From: a virus
DNA length: 64,000 nucleotides
Strand: one strand, 5' to 3'
Virus record (IMG/VR): IMGVR_UViG_3300030060_002738
Span: 1-64,000 of that record
A program made the position numbers and the translations under genes. Under the pieces are notes generated by a model. It did no database searches. It was not told the DNA's origin and saw only the letters and a list, made by a program, of their open reading frames with translations. Positions 28,181-37,466 of the stretch are shown here, in pieces. Position 1 is the stretch's first letter, and every line of letters begins with the position of its first letter.

Positions 28181-29403
28181 ACCATCTTCTCCGTAAACTT
28201 AGCATTCTTGATATCCTTCTTCGGTATTCGGAAGGATGTCTTCTTTACATTCCTCAAAGTAGAGACCATCTTGGAAGCGTGTTTGTCGTTCTTCACCAAC
28301 ATCGCCCTTGTTGCTATTTGGTCTCCTGTTACGTTCTTGCTGTTGATGTCATCTATGCAGAACGGGCCTTCAGTCTTATCCATTGAACCATTGAAGAACA
28401 ATACCTTGCATCTTTGAGTACCTGCACTATTGTTGTTAGGATAAACCAACCAATCTCCTAGTTCTCCACTAACATGCATAGCAAAGTGGTATTTTCTTGA
28501 CTTTTCTGATACACTTGTTGTAGAAAACGGTGGTTTTCTTAAGTCTACTAGTGTAAACTCATCATAATTCTTATCCATGTCTTGAAGCAACTCAAATGCT
28601 CGCTCTTCTACAATCACACTCGTTCTGTTCTGCATCAACCATGATTTCATCAGTGCCTCTTCAGCATCTGTGATATGAGTATTGAACATATTATACCAAA
28701 GGTTGGCAGGACTGATATCAGCCCACTTCTTTGACCTCTTTGCTCCGTTTCTATAACAGTCAATGAACGTGTTAGCATCATCAAGAGGCAAAGAACCCCA
28801 AACATGCTCTGAAACCTCAAACGCAACTTCATCTCTACCAATCAAGGTAGTGTTAATCTTAACTTCAGTCTTGACACCGCCCTTGAAGAACCAATAAGGA
28901 CAACGGTTCTCAATAGCATACAAAATGTTGCTTGAGTAAGTCACGTTCCTGTCAATGTAGTTCTCCATTGCTTCACAGTCACGGTTCTGTCCCCCGAATG
29001 CTATAATTTTAGCAAGGGCCATTGCGACATCCACTTGATTCTTCTTTACTCCGTTCATATACAATGAAGAGCCATCCTTCCGCAACATTACAGAAGCATC
29101 ACCATTCTTGTATCGAAACGTAATCCAAGTCATCTCATTAGAATGAGAAGTTGGTGTTGTCTGAACAAACAGACGATACATGTTGTTTGCAAACTTGTTC
29201 CAGTATCTATTCTCATGGAACTTCTTCTTTGTTTCTTCGTTTTTCATCGAGAATTCTCTTTCACCATATTGGTTCGGGCTTCTAGTTAGTCTCGTAATAG
29301 CCCTACGATTTGACTTACAAAGGAATGTACTGTGGTCTGCCTCTATTTCTCTATCACTTCTTACTGTTGGTAAGTTTACTTTCATTTTCATTTTTATCAC
29401 CAT
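28171..29403 (-). CDS. 410-aa protein; C-terminal domain is a candidate E2-like (Cys) domain
   Basis: Beta-rich C-terminus with EGPFCIDD (compare UBC G.ICLD); located between the Ubl and E1 genes. Function tentative. Confidence 0.4.
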   Translation of the reverse strand: MVIKMKMKVNLPTVRSDREIEADHSTFLCKSNRRAITRLTRSPNQYGEREFSMKNEETKKKFHENRYWNKFANNMYRLFVQTTPTSHSNEMTWITFRYKNGDASVMLRKDGSSLYMNGVKKNQVDVAMALAKIIAFGGQNRDCEAMENYIDRNVTYSSNILYAIENRCPYWFFKGGVKTEVKINTTLIGRDEVAFEVSEHVWGSLPLDDANTFIDCYRNGAKRSKKWADISPANLWYNMFNTHITDAEEALMKSWLMQNRTSVIVEERAFELLQDMDKNYDEFTLVDLRKPPFSTTSVSEKSRKYHFAMHVSGELGDWLVYPNNNSAGTQRCKVLFFNGSMDKTEGPFCIDDINSKNVTGDQIATRAMLVKNDKHASKMVSTLRNVKKTSFRIPKKDIKNAKFTEKMVWK

Positions 29404-29632
29404 TTCTTTCTAAATATAGCCTGTAATCGTACAGGTCTTTCAATGTTGCATCAGTTTGGATATCCGAATAACCCAAACGAATGTAGTATCTTATGTGTTT
29501 GATGAGGGAGGGAGTTCTACGACTCCCATCCCTTACTTCACCAAACATTCTTTTTGTTGTTTCCTTTGCCCCACTGTTAATCATTGATTCAACAACTTCA
29601 TCCTCAATCTTCAACAGTTGCGCCTTGTTCAT
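29354..29632 (-). CDS. Hypothetical protein
   Basis: ATGA-coupled to the RNR gene. Confidence 0.55.
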   Translation of the reverse strand: MNKAQLLKIEDEVVESMINSGAKETTKRMFGEVRDGSRRTPSLIKHIRYYIRLGYSDIQTDATLKDLYDYRLYLERNGDKNENESKLTNSKK

Positions 29633-31515
29633 ATTTCACATACTCCGCCAGCACAGGCAAGTTCGCCCTGCAAGTCAGTATTATCTTCTGTCTCGATAAC
29701 TTCTTCCAAGTTTATCTCGGTTAGAAGGTTCAGCATAGTTTCATAATGCTTCTTGCTTATCGGTTCGTGTGGTGCTTGTTCATATGCACCACCATCATAG
29801 GGCAATACGGATAGACCATTGTAGAAGTCTCTGTTCTTCCACATCCAGTTCCTTACGTCATTCCACTCATCATCACGAATGTTAACTGTCGCAGATACAT
29901 TGTGAGTGTTGACTCCTCTGTTATGTCCTGAGACAACCCAATCTACTGAGACTTTCTTCACTCTCTCAAGCATCTCCAATGCTGACTCGTCTCTTGTTAT
30001 TGAGTCACCAGCAGGTGTCTTCTGTGGTATTGAGATGACTGCCTGTGTAGGACTCATCTTATCATCCTCTACCAAATCAGGGAACTTCTCAATGAGGTAT
30101 CGATAGATAGCCTCAGTCTTGAGAACTCTTATTCTCCTGATGTAGTATTGAGACCACCAAGCATGAATGCCTGATGATGTTCCCATAACTAGACTGGTAG
30201 TTCCAGCAGGTTTGACACAAGTGATTCTCGCTGCCGTCTTGATACCTAATGCACTAGCAATAACCTCATTGGTCTTCCTTGCTTTCTCAGCAGCGAGTTC
30301 CATATCCAAGTCTAGAACTCCACCACTTGCTATGCCTGTCATTGACACACCAAGTAGAGCATCCTTCTCTGAAGTCTTCTTCCATACTTCCCTTAGATAG
30401 TGAAAGTCAGTGTAAGATGCTTGTAGTGTTCCTAAGAAGGCTGCTGCCTTCACTCTCTGATTAAGTTCCCTCTGTGTTCTAACATCGGAAACATTTACCT
30501 CTGTCAAGTTACAGAACTGATAGGGTCTAAGTGCTATCTCGCAGCAGGGGTTTGTTCCCCAATCCTTGTCATTCGTGAAGTAGAAACCGGGTTCTCCTGT
30601 TCCCGATTTCCGAACTCTCTTCCATAGATTGTTGAAGAAGTCCCTCTTAATTCTGTGTCGTAGTAGAACCACTGAGTTGTTTGCTCTTGACCTCTGAGCA
30701 TTTCTCTCCCAAAAGTGACCTGACTTGCAGGTTATCATCTCGTCATCATCTGCACTGAACAACGAAATCATCGCTGCTCTTCTTATTCCACCTGCTAATA
30801 CTGCATCAGCAATGTGACACAGAATGTCGTGGACTTCTATTGGTCGAAGTTTGTCACCATTATGCTTGTTAGATAGTATTCCCTCTACCTTCACCAAGCA
30901 TTCCTTCAATGGTTGAGGGCCGGGTGCTTTACCACCACTAGTCTTCAATGGTGTTCCCTTTGGTCTAATGTCTGAGTAGTCAAATCTGACTGTTGTTGCT
31001 CTCTTACCTATGTAGGACTCAAACAATACCTTGACTGCATCAGCCCATCCCTCAATAGAATCACCTATCAAATGTCGATAGGTTCTCTTTGGGTTTGGTA
31101 GTCTAATCTCAGGCAGTTGCTCAACGTGATGATACTGCACTGAGTATCCTACGCCTGTGCCTCCTAGCAATAGGAACATTGCCTCTGAGAATGATAGATA
31201 GTGATTGATTGGCATGTAAGCACAATTGTAAACACGGTTAGGTGATAGTTCAATCGGCTTACCTGCAAACTGCATAGACCTCATTGAAGGTAGTACCTTC
31301 TTCGGGATAACGAAGTTGTCATAGACATCATTGATTCTATCAACTAATACGGACTTGTCATACGACAGGTCAGACTTCTCAATAGTATTGAGATGCATCT
31401 GCCTGTTTCTCTCACAAATTTCTTCCCAAGTCTCTTTTCTTTGTTCTGCTTCTTTCCACTTTGCATACTTCATATGCACAGTGATATCTGATAATATCTC
31501 TTGTTGTATTTCCAT
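29629..31515 (-). CDS. nrdJ: Class II (B12-dependent, monomeric-type) ribonucleotide reductase
   Basis: NCAY, GGIRRAA, TNPCCEI, CNLTE, VKPAGT, C-terminal CAGGVC. Confidence 0.92.
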   Translation of the reverse strand: MEIQQEILSDITVHMKYAKWKEAEQRKETWEEICERNRQMHLNTIEKSDLSYDKSVLVDRINDVYDNFVIPKKVLPSMRSMQFAGKPIELSPNRVYNCAYMPINHYLSFSEAMFLLLGGTGVGYSVQYHHVEQLPEIRLPNPKRTYRHLIGDSIEGWADAVKVLFESYIGKRATTVRFDYSDIRPKGTPLKTSGGKAPGPQPLKECLVKVEGILSNKHNGDKLRPIEVHDILCHIADAVLAGGIRRAAMISLFSADDDEMITCKSGHFWERNAQRSRANNSVVLLRHRIKRDFFNNLWKRVRKSGTGEPGFYFTNDKDWGTNPCCEIALRPYQFCNLTEVNVSDVRTQRELNQRVKAAAFLGTLQASYTDFHYLREVWKKTSEKDALLGVSMTGIASGGVLDLDMELAAEKARKTNEVIASALGIKTAARITCVKPAGTTSLVMGTSSGIHAWWSQYYIRRIRVLKTEAIYRYLIEKFPDLVEDDKMSPTQAVISIPQKTPAGDSITRDESALEMLERVKKVSVDWVVSGHNRGVNTHNVSATVNIRDDEWNDVRNWMWKNRDFYNGLSVLPYDGGAYEQAPHEPISKKHYETMLNLLTEINLEEVIETEDNTDLQGELACAGGVCEI

Positions 31516-31597
31516 AAATTCATCTCCTTACGAGTTAAACATGGGCATTGCACCCACTCGGCAGTCAATCTAACCACTGCTAAGACTATCTACGATT

Positions 31598-31804
31598 TCA
31601 GACTCCGCCAACAACGGCTTCTTGCAATCGAACTTCGTTGACTGTATCCCAATCAACATCAGGGATGTTCTCCCTCATTACCATGTCGCCATCGATGAAC
31701 ACCCAATGTGTAGGGTGGTCAGTTATCTGCTCAATGACGCTGGCTGCGTTCACTTCCATTTCTGTGTGTCCTCTTTCATTTGCTATATACAATTTCATTT
31801 TCAT
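31598..31804 (-). CDS. Ubiquitin-like (beta-grasp, SAMP/ThiS-like) protein with masked C-terminal GG-V
   Basis: 68 aa after a GGAGG SD; WVFIDG strand, EVRLQEAVVGG|V end. Confidence 0.75.
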   Translation of the reverse strand: MKMKLYIANERGHTEMEVNAASVIEQITDHPTHWVFIDGDMVMRENIPDVDWDTVNEVRLQEAVVGGV

Positions 31805-31828
31805 TTGCCTCCTTTTTTTCATTCATTC

Positions 31829-32038
31829 TTATTCGCTGTTCAATTCTTGGATTCTTCCAGAAAGAAGAGCGATTGTTCTTTCGTATTGCTTGGTTAGTCC
31901 AATGTGGTTATTAGCCAGTTGAACTACGGTTTGCAATTGACCGTTCAGGGTGACGATTTGCTGTTCTAGTTCAGCAATCCTCTCATCCTTCGGGTCTACT
32001 TTTTCTGTCTTCTTGGTTTCTTTCTTTTCTTTTGTCAT
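31829..32038 (-). CDS. Small coiled-coil protein
   Basis: Heptad pattern. Confidence 0.6.
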   Translation of the reverse strand: MTKEKKETKKTEKVDPKDERIAELEQQIVTLNGQLQTVVQLANNHIGLTKQYERTIALLSGRIQELNSE

Positions 32039-33171
32039 TCCTTTACCTCCTTTAATTCATCAATCAACGCCGAGATTTCTCCTTTTGTTAATGACTCTGT
32101 TTCTCCTTCGTAGCCGAGAACCCGCAGGTAATTCACCTGACGCTCAGTTGGCTTATCATTGTAACGATTCACTATATCTATGAGTTTAGATATTTGTCGT
32201 TCTGACAGTTCTCTCCGTCTTATGATACGACTCTCCATGTCAGTCAAGAATCTCTTCTCCCAACTGTTTATTCCCATGTCCGGTTTGAACACAGGGATGT
32301 CCATGTACTCACATGCTTCTCTGAACTCATGTTCTTTCTTCTCACGAAGAACACTATTCCTAAGTGCAATCTGCTTGCGATAGTTTTCGTTGTGGAGTCT
32401 GTCTTTCTCCATCTTCTCGTCTTCAAGCCTGACAGTTTCTTTGTGTCGTTCTATCAGCATATGAAAGATATCCAAATCAGTCATCAGTTTCTCATTCGGA
32501 TATCCCTTAGTGTGTATCTGAGCCTTCGGATTGTCAGGATGATTCCATCGCCAAACAATAGAAGCCATCTCATAATCCATAGTTCCGGGGTTGCCCTTTC
32601 CTTTCTTGCGAACCATCGTCTCAGGCACAGTAATGCCTAGTGTTCGGTCATAGATGTGCTTACCACTTCTACGAACATTGATTCTCAAATCAAGTTCCTT
32701 TATCTCATTGAATCTCTTTGTGAAGTCCTCGCCGTTATGTCTCCACCAAGCATCCTTGATTAGTGCGGAGACCCTGACATCAATCCATTCTTGAATCATG
32801 TCTTCGGTAATTGCTTCAGCGTTCATACCTGTTTCTTCAACAATAGCCCTGAGAATCATGTAGGAGTTAATGTGGTCTGAACCAACACACTCTCTAACAT
32901 CAGTCTCGGTATTGTGAATCTCAAAGTGGTAAACTATGTGATGCTCGCACAGGCACTTGTTAGGATGGTTCAATGCCCAATCAGGTCTTGGAGTTCCAAT
33001 CCCTTCCCACCAAACTTCTCCTGTCGCAATCCACTCATGCTTCGCATCATCGTAGTTGTCAGCAACTGAAAGAGTAACCATGTTCTCTCTCAGTTTCCTA
33101 TCCCATCTACCATTTCCTAGTTCTCTCTTTGCTCTAACTCTATCTTCTATTTCCATTGTCATTTTATTCAC
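32035..33171 (-). CDS. Hypothetical protein with Zn motif (CLCEHHI...CVGSDHI)
   Basis: 378-aa ORF. Confidence 0.65.
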   Translation of the reverse strand: MNKMTMEIEDRVRAKRELGNGRWDRKLRENMVTLSVADNYDDAKHEWIATGEVWWEGIGTPRPDWALNHPNKCLCEHHIVYHFEIHNTETDVRECVGSDHINSYMILRAIVEETGMNAEAITEDMIQEWIDVRVSALIKDAWWRHNGEDFTKRFNEIKELDLRINVRRSGKHIYDRTLGITVPETMVRKKGKGNPGTMDYEMASIVWRWNHPDNPKAQIHTKGYPNEKLMTDLDIFHMLIERHKETVRLEDEKMEKDRLHNENYRKQIALRNSVLREKKEHEFREACEYMDIPVFKPDMGINSWEKRFLTDMESRIIRRRELSERQISKLIDIVNRYNDKPTERQVNYLRVLGYEGETESLTKGEISALIDELKEVKE

Positions 33172-33283
33172 CTACATATTCTTTCTTGGAACATGCCTTG
33201 CAGAAGATTCCTCTTCCAGTGAAGGAACTCCACAATACTCCCATCCTTCCACATTTGGCACATCTTCCAACTTCTTTACTCAT
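33164..33283 (-). CDS. Zn-ribbon microprotein (39 aa)
   Basis: CAKC...CKAC; manually translated. Confidence 0.5.
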   Translation of the reverse strand: MSKEVGRCAKCGRMGVLWSSFTGRGIFCKACSKKEYVGE

Positions 33284-33575
33284 GCTCATCTTCGCCAATT
33301 ATTTCAACATCTGAAGCAGCCTGAAGGTCTCTTACCTCTTGCTGTTCCATTAACACATACGCTCTTTGTTCTGCTAAGAACTCGGTTAAGATTTCGTTAA
33401 TCTTACCAAACAGTGCTTCAGCACTACCGCCAATGGTCTTCCTGTGTAGGGATAGCCATATCCTGTGTGCTACATTTATCACAACTTTCGGTCTGTCAAA
33501 CTCATCCATCGTAATAATTATCGGTGGCATTGTTACGTCATTCACTTTCCTAAATTCTACTATTTCTTCTTTCAT
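33276..33575 (-). CDS. Hypothetical protein
   Basis: ORF in operon. Confidence 0.55.
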   Translation of the reverse strand: MKEEIVEFRKVNDVTMPPIIITMDEFDRPKVVINVAHRIWLSLHRKTIGGSAEALFGKINEILTEFLAEQRAYVLMEQQEVRDLQAASDVEIIGEDEHE

Positions 33576-33877
33576 TGTTTATACCTCCCATCAAATTCAT
33601 CTTTGGGAATTAATGTGTAATACACCTTCCATAGTGCATTCTTAATTTTAGTCAATCTTTCTTTTCTTTCTAACCATCTATCATATGCCTTCTCTTGCAT
33701 GTATAGATGTTCTATATTCAAATCAGTCATGTAATCTACAAGACCGTCAAACCCTGATTGTGAGTAGACTTCATTGTAGGATTTTTCCCATTTATTAGGG
33801 TAGTCACTGAAATCATTGAACATATCTAGTTCATGTTTCTTTGTTATCAATTTCATTACTATATTCATATCTTTCAC
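33572..33877 (-). CDS. Hypothetical protein
   Basis: ORF in operon. Confidence 0.5.
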   Translation of the reverse strand: MKDMNIVMKLITKKHELDMFNDFSDYPNKWEKSYNEVYSQSGFDGLVDYMTDLNIEHLYMQEKAYDRWLERKERLTKIKNALWKVYYTLIPKDEFDGRYKQ

Positions 33878-34118
33878 CTTTATTCTTATTTTTGAATCTC
33901 TTAATCATATCATTCAAGTTATTCTTAGTTGTGGCAGTCATAAACTTCTGACCACCACGAAGGAAAATCAGGATGCTAAAGAACTTCTCAATGTGTTCGT
34001 GTTCTTTGTTCCTGAATCTATCCATCAAGGGGTCATCCTCATCTAACGGTCTCCAAGTAAATGCTTGCATCTCTTCAATAGATACAATACCGTTAGTAAA
34101 TCGGATGTAGCCTTTCAT
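33831..34118 (-). CDS. Hypothetical protein
   Basis: ORF in operon. Confidence 0.55.
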   Translation of the reverse strand: MKGYIRFTNGIVSIEEMQAFTWRPLDEDDPLMDRFRNKEHEHIEKFFSILIFLRGGQKFMTATTKNNLNDMIKRFKNKNKGERYEYSNEIDNKET

Positions 34119-34285
34119 TCTTCTTCAATTCCATGCATTGCCAACCACTCACCATAGTCAGGCTCACACCTACATAGACAAGGGACAGGTTCTTTCTCCC
34201 CATCTGCGGTTTGTAAAACTGCCGTTCCAGTTCCGTGACACACACTGCATATCTCTTCTTCTCTAGTTATCTTTACAATTCTCAT
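34115..34285 (-). CDS. Small DnaJ-type Zn (CxxCxGxG) protein, 56 aa
   Basis: CSVCHGTG...PCLC; ATGA overlaps at both ends. Confidence 0.55.
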   Translation of the reverse strand: MRIVKITREEEICSVCHGTGTAVLQTADGEKEPVPCLCRCEPDYGEWLAMHGIEEE

Positions 34286-34854
34286 ATTAATCCCAACCTC
34301 GTTAGGAAAGCATTGCTTTCTTGTTTATATTCAAACGACTTTCTCAAGTAGTGGTCTTCAGGCCACCAACTCGGTTCTTCTCTTCTCTTCCAAGTAGCGA
34401 ATCTCCACTTGTCATCAAGATAGTATTGACGATACTTCTCGATAGTCGTCATGTCATCAAATCCATCTGCCTTTCTACACTCCATGTGAGGAGAGATAGC
34501 GATGGCGAATGTCGTCAACCCATCATCAGGAAGAAGCATCTCTGCCTCATCCATCTGAGCGGAATAACGATTCATCTGAACTTCGACTTGATGGATTCGG
34601 TCATACCTGAGTGTATACTCACGACACAAAGCGTAAGTGTGATTACGCAACCATCGGAAGTTCTGTCTTGTCTCCCTAGCCCAAATAGTGCAAGGGTGAT
34701 TCAACATCACAGGTCTCCAACCTGCTTCCAAACCAAGGTAGTCCACGATGGTAAACAGCATCTGCAAACTCTCAGTCGGCATCTTGACTACATGCTTATC
34801 CAACATCATCTCAGCACTCTTGGTAGGGCAATCATCTAAACAGAATATGTTCAT
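34282..34854 (-). CDS. Pyrimidine-dimer DNA glycosylase (DenV-like family)
   Basis: MNIF.LD...DKHVVKM..E..QML...HPCTIW...YRQYY pattern. Confidence 0.75.
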   Translation of the reverse strand: MNIFCLDDCPTKSAEMMLDKHVVKMPTESLQMLFTIVDYLGLEAGWRPVMLNHPCTIWARETRQNFRWLRNHTYALCREYTLRYDRIHQVEVQMNRYSAQMDEAEMLLPDDGLTTFAIAISPHMECRKADGFDDMTTIEKYRQYYLDDKWRFATWKRREEPSWWPEDHYLRKSFEYKQESNAFLTRLGLI

Positions 34855-35138
34855 TGTTCTCTCCTTCCTGCATGTGGTAGGTCAACCTCGTTAATCTCCC
34901 AAACCTTCCAACCCAATGAGTCAAGTTCGACTTGTGAGAAAGTTCCCCATTCATCATACATGCCCTGTACGAAACCATACCAAAGTGGCGCACCACCGTA
35001 GTCTCTTCTTTCCATCTTGGTTGCAAACCAATACCAACCACTGTAAGATTCCCAACCTCTGAGAACTTCTCTCTTCGTTCCATCTGTCATTTCTATCATT
35101 AACTTGTTTTCTTCAGTTACCAGTTTTGTCATTTTCAA
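34851..35138 (-). CDS. DUF2958-like protein
   Basis: WYWFAT...YGFVQG...EWGTFS..EL. Confidence 0.55.
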   Translation of the reverse strand: MKMTKLVTEENKLMIEMTDGTKREVLRGWESYSGWYWFATKMERRDYGGAPLWYGFVQGMYDEWGTFSQVELDSLGWKVWEINEVDLPHAGRREQ

Positions 35139-35149
35139 TCACCTATTAT

Positions 35150-35850
35150 TATTGTAGGAATGTAAACGCAGAGAAAGACATAGACTGCGAAATCTATACT
35201 ACTAGAGTGTGAAGCATACGATACCGAACAATTCCAGCATGTTTCGGATATCGCTTCTGTCTTTTTTATTTCATAGTAAAACTCTGCTCTTTGTGAGTGT
35301 GATTAGTAAGGTGAAAACTTTGTACCGCAACTGGTTTTCTCTTCATTAAGTTCTTATTGCCTCGTCAGGACTTACACAATTGAACGCCTTACTCTTGCGA
35401 GTGTGATATCGGATAAAAGCATGGGGGAGATGAGTCCCATCACTGCTATTGATTTGCTTTTTTTACCGCAGTAAACCGATGTTTGAATAGAAAGGGGAAA
35501 CGAGTAAGTGCTGTGCCTATACCAACGGGTAGGGAACAGCAACGTGGTAGAACACATTGCCAATATTAATTACTAGACCGGATTATCCTGCTTTATTTTT
35601 TATAGCGCAAAGCCACTCAATTGTTCCCCGGATGGAATTTGACACACCGCTTCCCAATGGGTACAGTGAACCATCCTTATCTGAGCGAACCCGTTTTCCA
35701 CAACTACTAATCTCATCGCTAGATTTGACGTTGGTTGCTTCTATCATAACCCTAGTATCTTTCTCGTTTTTTACTTCGGAAACCCCAAGTTTCTCCATGC
35801 TCGCCGTCATCCCGCTAAAGATTCATGGCTCTACGAGCATTGGTGGAGTG
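35150..35850. ncRNA. Candidate structured non-coding RNA region
   Basis: About 700 bp without a convincing ORF; nested helices and a possible pseudoknot (see findings). Confidence 0.4.
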
Positions 35851-35856
35851 TTATGT

Positions 35857-36189
35857 TTACTCTTGACTCCTGTAAACAAGGAGCAGAGTCAGATATCCTA
35901 TCAAGTCCTTGATGATATCATCATCTGATTCAAGTGAGTCATTACCTTGAACAAGTCTATTCAACTTGTCATCGATTCTGACTTTGATTTGTTCTTCTTG
36001 GTCTGCATGAGAAAAGAACCTTGTTGGATTCAATACTGAATCTCCATACTGCCTGTTCTTCTGAAGTAGCATGTCCCTCATCTCTTCACACATTGATGAA
36101 ATCTGCAACTGTGATTCAGTCATCTCATCAACTAATTCTTCGTTATTGCTTGGTGTTTTTACACCCCATTTGTTCTTTTCTTCTGTCAT
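35857..36189 (-). CDS. DUF1599 / all-alpha NTP-pyrophosphohydrolase-like (nucleotide-modification-associated) protein
   Basis: KNRQYGDS...RIDDKLNRL...DLIGY. Confidence 0.65.
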   Translation of the reverse strand: MTEEKNKWGVKTPSNNEELVDEMTESQLQISSMCEEMRDMLLQKNRQYGDSVLNPTRFFSHADQEEQIKVRIDDKLNRLVQGNDSLESDDDIIKDLIGYLTLLLVYRSQE

Positions 36190-36209
36190 GTTATTTCCAA
36201 CCTGTTTGT

Positions 36210-36570
36210 GCTTTTATCATTTATTATCATATATTATCAGTAGATGATAAAATACAACTTTAGAGCAGTGTTGCGTTTTTCGCATATTTTATCATTTTCT
36301 CAATTTTATCATGGTCTCCATAGGAGAGAGAGAGTAGTATATGTGACATATAGTAGTAGTATAGATGATGATAATAATGATAAAATGATAATATTCAATA
36401 AAATCAACAATTCTAGCAAGTATTCGCACATTTTAATTTTCTCACTCAATGATAAAATCAAGAAAATATGAGAATATCGGAATAGTTGTAAATGACACTA
36501 AGATATGCGATATGAATATACGTCATAAGATATCCATATGACATATATGATATAATATACATATAGGGAG
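36210..36570. repeat. AT-rich iteron-like ATGATAAAA/TTTTATCAT cluster, candidate replication origin
   Basis: TTTTATCAT at 36212, 36287, 36304; ATGATAAAA at 36244, 36377, 36449; located at the divergent strand switch. Confidence 0.5.
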
Positions 36571-36805
36571 TGTCATTCACACCCTATTGCTCGTTAGTAG
36601 ATTTAGGTATCAATAATTACGGACAACTAGCGATTGTCAACTAAAAGCGGATATGGAATCTACTGTGCAAAAGAGAAGTTTCTCTTGAAAGTCCTCAGAT
36701 GATTCTGAGCAACCTTCTACCCAAACATCACTACTTAAAGCGTCATCCACCCCACCTTACCACGCAAAAAAACTGCTGTTATGTGTAAAGTCAGACTTTA
36801 TCACA

Positions 36806-36828
36806 ACCATATGGTTAGACAACTTTGC
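36806..36828. repeat. Cassette junction site 1 (core plus right arm only)
   Basis: ACCATATGGT-TAGACA-ACTTTGC. Confidence 0.8.
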
Positions 36829-36881
36829 TCGCTCTAACCTCATAAAGCGATGATTTTTTGTAAGGCTACATGGAATATGAT

Positions 36882-36992
36882 ATGGAATGTGAAGGTTGTA
36901 AAGAGATAGTGACAATAACAGGTGCTTACCTCGGAGTTATCGAAGACGCATGGTGCGAGTGCTGTGGTTGGGAAGGTGAGAATCTTGAGTGA
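36882..36992 (+). CDS. Zn-ribbon microprotein (cassette 1)
   Basis: MECEGC...WCECCGW, 36 aa. Confidence 0.5.
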   Translation: MECEGCKEIVTITGAYLGVIEDAWCECCGWEGENLE

Positions 36993-37242
36993 TGTTTACG
37001 AATATACAATAGATGAGTGGTCAGTAGATACGAGGAAGTGGTTAGTCACTTCACCAAAGAAACTGACTTACGAACAAGTTGTAGGCTTGGCCTGTGACTT
37101 ACCTGAACAGTCAATCGAGGTTCTTCTTGGTGATTCTGAGATGCCCGGTCTTGAGGGAGTTGTTGTAAACTTCCTTGGAACAGAATATGGTGATGACTCA
37201 CAACATGAGGTACTTGGAGATTTCAAGGGGGAAGAAGAATGA
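36985..37242 (+). CDS. Acidic hypothetical protein (cassette 1)
   Basis: TTG start after an AGGTGA SD. Confidence 0.55.
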   Translation: MSDVYEYTIDEWSVDTRKWLVTSPKKLTYEQVVGLACDLPEQSIEVLLGDSEMPGLEGVVVNFLGTEYGDDSQHEVLGDFKGEEE

Positions 37243-37466
37243 TTCTTACAAACACAATGGATGAAGGTCAACAGGAGGATACAGATAAACTCAAGCAACG
37301 TGCCGTTCATCCAAGCGTTGCTGACTTTATTCAATCTCTTGCTGAATGGGGCTTCAACCATGTAGACCATACGATGCTATGGGAAGCCATGTGTGCAGTT
37401 ATTGAAGCGGGTGAGCGTGGCGACCTTGACGATATCATAGATTATTATGAAGGTGATGAAGAATGA
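37239..37466 (+). CDS. Acidic hypothetical protein (cassette 1)
   Basis: ATGA-coupled. Confidence 0.55.
   Translation: MILTNTMDEGQQEDTDKLKQRAVHPSVADFIQSLAEWGFNHVDHTMLWEAMCAVIEAGERGDLDDIIDYYEGDEE

Noticed and set aside
35620-35680. tRNA-like segment (GTCAAATTCC on the - strand)
   Set aside because: No cloverleaf with D-arm, anticodon arm and acceptor stem could be built; no tRNA gene was found by eye in the window.
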